64,000 bases of DNA, taken from assembly GCA_041650635.1 (NCBI GenBank), contig JBAZKV010000004.1, positions 534 through 64,533 of the forward strand. Reading direction: 5' to 3'. The notes below the pieces were generated by a model. It worked only from the letters and a program-made list of their open reading frames with translations, was not told the origin of the DNA and made no database searches. The DNA is from Candidatus Margulisiibacteriota bacterium. GTDB lineage: Bacteria; Margulisbacteria; WOR-1; JAKLHX01; JBAZKV01. Every line of letters begins with the position of its first letter. The stretch's first letter is position 1. The translations under genes were made by a program, and so were the position numbers. Positions 58,787 through 64,000 of the stretch are shown piece after piece.

Positions 58787-59167
58787 ATGGCGGTCAAAAA
58801 GAAATTGGAAGTATATAAATGCGGGGTTTGCGGCAATATTGTCGAAGTGCTTTTTGTCGGGGGGGGAAACCTTGTCTGCTGCGATAAGCTGATGCTTTTG
58901 CAGACAGAGAATACGGTAGATGCGGCACAGGAAAAACATGTGCCTGTGATAGAAAAGGTTGACGGGGGGATAAGGATCAAGGTCGGCTCCGTCGCGCACC
59001 CAATGGAAGATAAGCACTATATCCAGTGGGTTCAGGCTATTGTCGGGGACAAGACCTACAGGGAATTCCTTAAACCCGGGCAGGCTCCCGAAGCGTTCTT
59101 CCCGCTGAGCGGAAGCAATATCTCCGCAAGGGAGTACTGCAATCTGCACGGGCTCTGGAAAAGCTAA
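58787..59167 (+). CDS. dfx: Desulfoferrodoxin (2Fe superoxide reductase)
   Basis: The N-terminal desulforedoxin-like region is [10 protein letters not shown]...LVCC. The C-terminal SOR centre is EKHVPVIE...H...H. Confidence 0.9.
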   Translation: MAVKKKLEVYKCGVCGNIVEVLFVGGGNLVCCDKLMLLQTENTVDAAQEKHVPVIEKVDGGIRIKVGSVAHPMEDKHYIQWVQAIVGDKTYREFLKPGQAPEAFFPLSGSNISAREYCNLHGLWKS

Positions 59168-59212
59168 AGTAAAGACACCCCGCCGGGGCGTCTCAATAGA
59201 AAGGAGAAATCG

Positions 59213-59788
59213 ATGAAATCAGTTAAGGGAACAAAGACCGAAAAGAACCTGTTGGCTTCGTTTGCGGGAGAATCCCAGGCAAGGAACCGCTATACCTATT
59301 TTGCCAGTGCGGCCAAAAAGGAAGGCTATGAGCAGATCTCGGCTATTTTTCTTGAGACAGCCGACAACGAAAAGGAGCATGCAAAAAGGTTCTTTAAATA
59401 TCTGGAGGGAGGCGAGGCCCAGATAACTGCTTCGTATCCGGCAGGCATCATTGGGACCACGATACAGAACCTTGAAGAGGCGGCAGCCGGAGAGAATATG
59501 GAATGGACAAAGCTGTACAAAGAGGCGGCAGAAGTCGCGGACCAGGAAGGCTTTCCTGAGATCGCCGACCAGTTCAGGGAAATAGCCGAGGTCGAAGCCG
59601 AGCACGAAAAAAGGTACAGAAAACTGCTGTCCAATATAAAAACATCAACTGTTTTCAAAAAGGATAAGCCGGTCAAGTGGCACTGCAGGAACTGCGGCTA
59701 TGTCCATGAAGGCAGCGAGGCTCCAAAGGAATGCCCGGCCTGCAAGCATCCTCAGGCTTATTATGAAATACTGTGTGAAAACTATTGA
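59213..59788 (+). CDS. rbr: Rubrerythrin
   Basis: Di-iron four-helix ExxH motifs are present. The C-terminal rubredoxin-like motif is [10 protein letters not shown]...CPACKHP. Confidence 0.93.
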   Translation: MKSVKGTKTEKNLLASFAGESQARNRYTYFASAAKKEGYEQISAIFLETADNEKEHAKRFFKYLEGGEAQITASYPAGIIGTTIQNLEEAAAGENMEWTKLYKEAAEVADQEGFPEIADQFREIAEVEAEHEKRYRKLLSNIKTSTVFKKDKPVKWHCRNCGYVHEGSEAPKECPACKHPQAYYEILCENY

Positions 59789-60411
59789 AAAAACTGATCG
59801 CTTCCGTTAACTCCCTTAAAAAGGGGGATATCGGTAACATAGTCTCGAAAAGGATAAAAGAGTTCAAGGCGCTGGGGATCGAACCGGCGCCTGAGCTTTT
59901 TAAGGAGCTTTGCTTTTGTATTCTTACCGCCAACTTTAATGCCGAAAGAGGGATCAAGATACAGAAAGAACTTGGCGAGAACTTTTTGGAGGACAAAGAG
60001 ATAGAGCTTGCCTTAAGGCTTAAGAAAGCGGGGCACAGGTTCCCTAATACCAGGGCAAAATATATCGTTGAGGCAAGAAAGCACAAGAATATACTTAAGG
60101 ATGCCATAAAAAACATCGGGAACCAGAGTGAACTGCGCGATTACCTGGTGAAGAAGATAAAGGGGATCGGATATAAGGAATGCAGCCATTTTCTGCGCAA
60201 CATCGGATTTGACGAGTGTGCCATAATCGATTTTCATATCGTTGATATTTTGAGGGAGCACAAACTTATCGAGCCCGTAAAAACGATGTCCAAAAAGACA
60301 TATCTTCACATAGAATCTATCCTTAGACAGCTTGCAAAAAAACTGGGGATTACCCTTGCGGAGCTGGACCTGTATCTGTGGTACCTTGAGACAGGAAAAG
60401 TGCTCAAATAA
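59785..60411 (+). CDS. ogg: 8-oxoguanine DNA glycosylase/lyase (Ogg2 archaeal-type, HhH-GPD)
   Basis: A 208-aa protein. [17 protein letters not shown]...[28 protein letters not shown] carries the HhH-GPD motif. Confidence 0.78.
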   Translation: MKKLIASVNSLKKGDIGNIVSKRIKEFKALGIEPAPELFKELCFCILTANFNAERGIKIQKELGENFLEDKEIELALRLKKAGHRFPNTRAKYIVEARKHKNILKDAIKNIGNQSELRDYLVKKIKGIGYKECSHFLRNIGFDECAIIDFHIVDILREHKLIEPVKTMSKKTYLHIESILRQLAKKLGITLAELDLYLWYLETGKVLK

Positions 60412-60414
60412 GCA

Positions 60415-61596
60415 TTAAAACAAGAAGTCCAGAGAGAACCTTGTTCCGGAGCGAACAGAGCTTTTTCCGGAGGCCACGAACCACTGTCCCGAAACTTTGT
60501 TATTTGATATCCTTGACCAGCTTAATCCGTCATATTCCACTTTGACACTGTCAGGCTCCAAAAGAATTCTGGGAAGTCCCTGTCCTCTGGTCTGCCATCC
60601 CCTTTGTTTGACAAAACTCTCCATAAGAAGACGGTTAGGGTCTTTGGGAAGGCCCTTCCCAAGGTCCGTGGCTATGACCTTGATCCCTGACAGTAAAGGA
60701 TCTCCCATTTGAGGATAGACCTCAACAATGCCTCCGTTGGCATATTCGGCCATGTTCATTATTAGTTCTACGAGGATATCATCAAGCTGCTGAGCCCGGC
60801 TTTCCCCGATGAAAGAAGCAAATCCCATAACATATTCATTCATCGGCCTGCAGAGCAATGCTGCTTCTTTTCCGGTCAGATGAGGCCTGCTTGGCGCTTC
60901 GTATCTGAACGGCAGACGCCGCAGAAGACCAAGAACAGGAGCGTTGAATCTCTCGATAAAGTCCTCCGCGGAAGGCCATACGCCAGACAGGTCTATTCCC
61001 CGGCACCAGGAATGAGAGCCCCCGGGATCATAAATGCTTAAATGAGCATGGTCTTTCCGGCTCCTTTTGCCGAGAAAGCATATGCCCTGAGGGATCATTG
61101 GATAATTCGGATCCTCTGCCGAAAAAATATCCATTATAAAGTGCGGATCCTCTTTTCTGCTGCAGAGGCTGATCTCAGCGCTTATCGATGGGAAAGGAGC
61201 AGGGATGATGCAGCTGGTCCTATGTGTTTCGGCGCCCGTCAGGGCCACAGCCGACTCGGCGAACATAGTCTCGCTGCTGCTGCCTTTGAAACAGGCAAGG
61301 AACCTTGTGAACGCGTCAAAGCCCGACAGCCTAAGACTCGCGGCCTTTGTCCCGCGGGCAAGACCTGCCTCCAGCAGTCCTGCGGCGCTGGACATAGAGC
61401 GCATTAGAGGGCGGTCAAACGACAGCCTGTTCAGGGCTCTTGTTATGCTTGTCATTCCATAGCATATATCGTCAGATAATACTTTGGATTTCGGATGGGA
61501 GCAAGGGACAAATGTTATACACTCATCTATAATTCCCTTAGTAGAGGTGTAAAAACCCGTTTTCCGGGAAAGGTTAAAGGTGTCAGATACGGTCAT
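60415..61596 (-). CDS. Hypothetical protein of 393 aa with a C-terminal GHKL-type ATPase domain (HATPase_c / anti-sigma-factor-kinase-like)
   Basis: The N box is ELIMNMAEYAN, the G1 box is DLGKGLP and the G2 box is GQGLPRI, all in the last ~130 aa. The N-terminal ~260 aa are unrecognised. Confidence 0.6.
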   Translation of the reverse strand: MTVSDTFNLSRKTGFYTSTKGIIDECITFVPCSHPKSKVLSDDICYGMTSITRALNRLSFDRPLMRSMSSAAGLLEAGLARGTKAASLRLSGFDAFTRFLACFKGSSSETMFAESAVALTGAETHRTSCIIPAPFPSISAEISLCSRKEDPHFIMDIFSAEDPNYPMIPQGICFLGKRSRKDHAHLSIYDPGGSHSWCRGIDLSGVWPSAEDFIERFNAPVLGLLRRLPFRYEAPSRPHLTGKEAALLCRPMNEYVMGFASFIGESRAQQLDDILVELIMNMAEYANGGIVEVYPQMGDPLLSGIKVIATDLGKGLPKDPNRLLMESFVKQRGWQTRGQGLPRILLEPDSVKVEYDGLSWSRISNNKVSGQWFVASGKSSVRSGTRFSLDFLF

Positions 61597-61819
61597 GAAA
61601 AAAATATCCGTTAAAGTGATACCCAGGGCTAAAAAAAAGAGGATAATCGAGGATAATGGTCTTTTTAAGGTCTATGTTAATGCCCCTGCTGTTGAAGGGA
61701 AGGCAAACAAGGCTGTTGTTGAAGCTCTGGCGGACCATTTTGGCGTCAAAAGAAAAGCAGTCTCTATAGTGTCAGGTGAGCGCTGCAGGGAAAAGGTGGT
61801 TAAAATAGAGGGGCTTTGA
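61580..61819 (+). CDS. DUF167/YggU-family protein
   Basis: A 79-aa protein. KVIPRAKKKRIIEDNGLFKVYVNAPAVEGKANKAVVEALADHFGV matches the UPF0235 family. Confidence 0.7.
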   Translation: MSDTVMKKISVKVIPRAKKKRIIEDNGLFKVYVNAPAVEGKANKAVVEALADHFGVKRKAVSIVSGERCREKVVKIEGL

Positions 61820-61893
61820 CGGCTCCCCTTGTTCTTGTCCTAACTAGCAAGCAGATAACAAGGACAAGGACGAGGGAACCCGCTTTGCGAGTT

Positions 61894-61964
61894 CTGGGGG
61901 ACCTGGATTTGAACCAGGACTGTCGCCTCCAAAGGGCGATGGCCTACCGTTAGCCGATCCCCCA
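61894..61964 (-). tRNA. tRNA-Gln (anticodon UUG)
   Basis: The minus-strand sequence folds as a cloverleaf: acceptor TGGGGGA/TCCCCCA, D-arm GGCT-AACGGTA-GGCC, anticodon arm TCGCC-CTTTGGA-GGCGA, T-arm CCTGG-TTCAAAT-CCAGG, discriminator G. It resembles E. coli tRNA-Gln (UGGGG...CCCCAG). No CCA is encoded. Confidence 0.85.
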
Positions 61965-61989
61965 ATCCTTCGATCGCTCAGGACAAGCC

Positions 61990-63159
61990 CTACTTGAGCC
62001 CTTTTCTTTCATGCGTGGTTTCGGCAAGCAGTTTTCTGAACTGTTCCTCATATTTGGAGGTCATCTCTACTTTTCTTCTCTTCATTACCGCTCTGGCGGT
62101 TTCGATAGCTTTATCAATACCGTATTCAACAAAGCCCGAAGCGCCTCCCCAGGCAAAGGACGGGATAGATTTTGAAGGAAAACCCGGACCGAAGATATTG
62201 CTGGAGACCCCGACCACTGTGCCGGTATTGAACATGGTGTTGATGCCTGACTTGGAATGGTCTCCCATGAACAGTCCGACGAACAAGTTCCCGCTGTCGA
62301 TCTGCTGCCCGTTTATCTGGACCTTTACGCTGCTATAGTTGTTCTTAAGGTCCGAGTTGTTGGTGTCGGCCCCGAGATTGACCCATTCGCAGATATAAGA
62401 ATGACCGATAAAACCCTCGTGCTGTTTGTTGGAATATCCGTGGAAGACAGATGCTTCAACTTCCCCTCCTATTTTGCAATGCGGGCCAATAGTTGTCCCC
62501 CCATATATCTTGGCGCCGGCCTTTATCATGCTTTCTTTCCCTATATAGCAAGGCCCCATTACTACGGCATTCCCGAGTATCCTTACCCCGTCGTCGATGA
62601 CGACAGGGCCTTCTTCCGCATCGATAAGAACTCCCGGTTTTATAACGGCATTTCTGCCTATAAAGATATCCCTCTTGTTGGTCATGTTCACGCCGATTAT
62701 CATCTGGCCGGTCCTAAGGTTGGACGATTTAAGGCGGAGAAGTTCGGTGTCGGATATTATTTCTTTAGCGTTATTATGGACAAGGTCCCAGGGGTATGTG
62801 ATAAGTCGCGCCTTCACCGTCCTTTTGTCAAGCTCGAGCTTCTCAAAGGCTTTCTGGTCGAGCGGCTTTTCGATGTCAATACCTTCGGCTATTTTGTTTT
62901 CTATGACCGCGGCTATAAGGACGCCGTCCTGGAGCAGCAGGCAGGGGCTTTTGCAGGCCTTAACCGACGATACAAGTTCGTCATCTGCCAGTACCCTGCC
63001 GTTGACAAACACGGTGAAATGGAAATTGGTCTTGCCAAAATAAGCTTCTGTTTTTTCCTTGAGCGTCAGGATCCCGCACTTAAGGTCATAAACCTTGCGC
63101 ATATAGACGAGCGGCAGGAGCTTTTTTCGGTCCGTATCCTCAAAAACAAGTACTGCCAT
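61990..63159 (-). CDS. Putative sugar nucleotidyltransferase, GlmU-like, with a left-handed beta-helix domain
   Basis: A 389-aa protein. The N-terminus is MAVLVFEDTDRKKLLPLVYMRKVYDLKCGILTL, followed by hexapeptide repeats ([LIV]GxxxxIG...). It is adjacent to nagB. Confidence 0.65.
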   Translation of the reverse strand: MAVLVFEDTDRKKLLPLVYMRKVYDLKCGILTLKEKTEAYFGKTNFHFTVFVNGRVLADDELVSSVKACKSPCLLLQDGVLIAAVIENKIAEGIDIEKPLDQKAFEKLELDKRTVKARLITYPWDLVHNNAKEIISDTELLRLKSSNLRTGQMIIGVNMTNKRDIFIGRNAVIKPGVLIDAEEGPVVIDDGVRILGNAVVMGPCYIGKESMIKAGAKIYGGTTIGPHCKIGGEVEASVFHGYSNKQHEGFIGHSYICEWVNLGADTNNSDLKNNYSSVKVQINGQQIDSGNLFVGLFMGDHSKSGINTMFNTGTVVGVSSNIFGPGFPSKSIPSFAWGGASGFVEYGIDKAIETARAVMKRRKVEMTSKYEEQFRKLLAETTHERKGLK

Positions 63160-63947
63160 CAGATCTCTCCTTTCTCGCAGCGTTCCTGCATCTTTTCCAC
63201 ATAAATGTAATAATCTTTCCTTGACAGCTTTGCTGCTGCAGGTTCGTCCGCTATCAATACAGTGTTTGGATGCAGTTGCAGGGCTGAGGCCGGCACCATC
63301 GAAGTGACGGGGCCTTCCACGACCTTCTGAAGGATAGAAGCCTTATTTTCTCCGGAAACCAAAAAGACGATCTTTCTGGCTTCCATTATTGTTCCTATAC
63401 CCATAGTGAGCACATATCTGGGCACTTCCTTTTCGGAATTGAAGAACCTGGAATTGTCCTTTACCGTCTGCTCTTCCAGGGTCTTGAGCCTTGTGCGGGA
63501 GCCAAGCGAAGAGCCAGGCTCGTTAAAGCCTATGTGTCCGTCGCTGCCAAGCCCCAGAAGCTGGAGGTCGATCCCTCCCTTCTGCTTTATTTCCCATTCA
63601 TACTGCTTGCAGTATTCCTTTATGTTCTTTACTGTCCCGTCGGGGATCAGGGATTTGCCTTTTCTTATGTTGACATGCCTGAACAGGTGCTCGTTCATAA
63701 AGTAGTGATAGCTCTGCGGATGATCGTCCGCAAGCCCGTAATATTCGTCAAGGTTAAAAGTAAAGACCTTGGAAAAATCCGCCTCTCCTTCTTTGTATAG
63801 AGCTACAAGTTTCTCATAAGCGCCCATAGGAGTGGAGCCGGTGGCAAAACACAGAACGGAGGAAGGCTTTTCTTTAAGCTGCTGCGCGACTATTGAGGCT
63901 GCCTTGCGGCTTAACTCTTCGTAGTCCCTGGTTATTATTATCCTCAT
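63159..63947 (-). CDS. nagB: Glucosamine-6-phosphate deaminase
   Basis: A 262-aa protein. MRIIITRDYEELSRKAASIVAQQ...LCFATGSTPMGAY...FNLDEY is the canonical NagB sequence. Confidence 0.93.
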   Translation of the reverse strand: MRIIITRDYEELSRKAASIVAQQLKEKPSSVLCFATGSTPMGAYEKLVALYKEGEADFSKVFTFNLDEYYGLADDHPQSYHYFMNEHLFRHVNIRKGKSLIPDGTVKNIKEYCKQYEWEIKQKGGIDLQLLGLGSDGHIGFNEPGSSLGSRTRLKTLEEQTVKDNSRFFNSEKEVPRYVLTMGIGTIMEARKIVFLVSGENKASILQKVVEGPVTSMVPASALQLHPNTVLIADEPAAAKLSRKDYYIYVEKMQERCEKGEI

Positions 63948-64000
63948 TTTCCGAAGTCCGATGACTCGAACGAGTAAGTGAATCTGGTATGGACCGCATA

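Noticed and set aside
62257-63204. A 315-aa plus-strand ORF
   Set aside because: It is antisense to the GlmU-like hexapeptide-repeat protein. Repeat-rich genes commonly generate long antisense ORFs.

Overview
This 64 kb window is the origin-proximal region of a bacterial chromosome. All product calls are made by eye from the ORF-track translations, without database searches.

The origin region runs, on the minus strand, gyrB (partial), a DUF721/DciA-like gene, dnaN and dnaA. On the plus strand follow rpmH, rnpA, yidD, yidC, jag, mnmE, two perfect parS sites, and folD. Clusters of DnaA boxes lie on both sides of dnaA. recF is absent from the canonical position between dnaN and gyrB.

Downstream is a minus-strand lipid A / envelope operon. 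It runs skp, lpxD, a GT4 glycosyltransferase, a beta-barrel outer-membrane protein, lpxC, a single fused fabZ-lpxA ORF, lpxB and rseP. This marks the organism as diderm.

The remaining gene content indicates a strict anaerobe:
- Two paralogous B12-dependent class II ribonucleotide reductases flank nrdR, with an upstream ferredoxin-glutaredoxin pair, cobO, and a candidate NrdR box.
- A four-subunit cytoplasmic [NiFe] hydrogenase of group 3b type (hydB-hydG-hydD-hydA), its maturation protease, and a HypA-like protein that lacks the zinc finger.
- An H+-translocating pyrophosphatase, enolase and pfkA.
- A split acyl-ligase-ACP-acyltransferase trio, and nadE.
- A radical SAM enzyme of the AmmeMemoRadiSam (AmrS) type with no partner genes in view.
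- An oxidative-stress cluster of fprA, perR, rubredoxin, desulfoferrodoxin and rubrerythrin.
- An Ogg-type glycosylase, a tRNA-Gln gene and nagB.

No CRISPR array, transposase, integrase or rRNA was seen.

Several ORFs of unknown function are the best leads for something undescribed:
- A slightly GC-elevated two-gene operon at 41885-43679, whose second protein has a C-terminal nucleotidyltransferase-like GS...DIDL motif.
- A 602-aa protein (53612-55420) with a C-terminal kinase-like HGD...IDYE motif.
- A 393-aa protein (60415-61596) with a C-terminal GHKL ATPase domain.
- A 349-aa HEAGH-motif protein beside the hydrogenase operon.
- A 349-aa hypothetical gene paired with a PPC/DUF296 gene (19473-20980).

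None of these can be assigned to a known system from sequence alone. I cannot demonstrate a novel system; these are candidates only.
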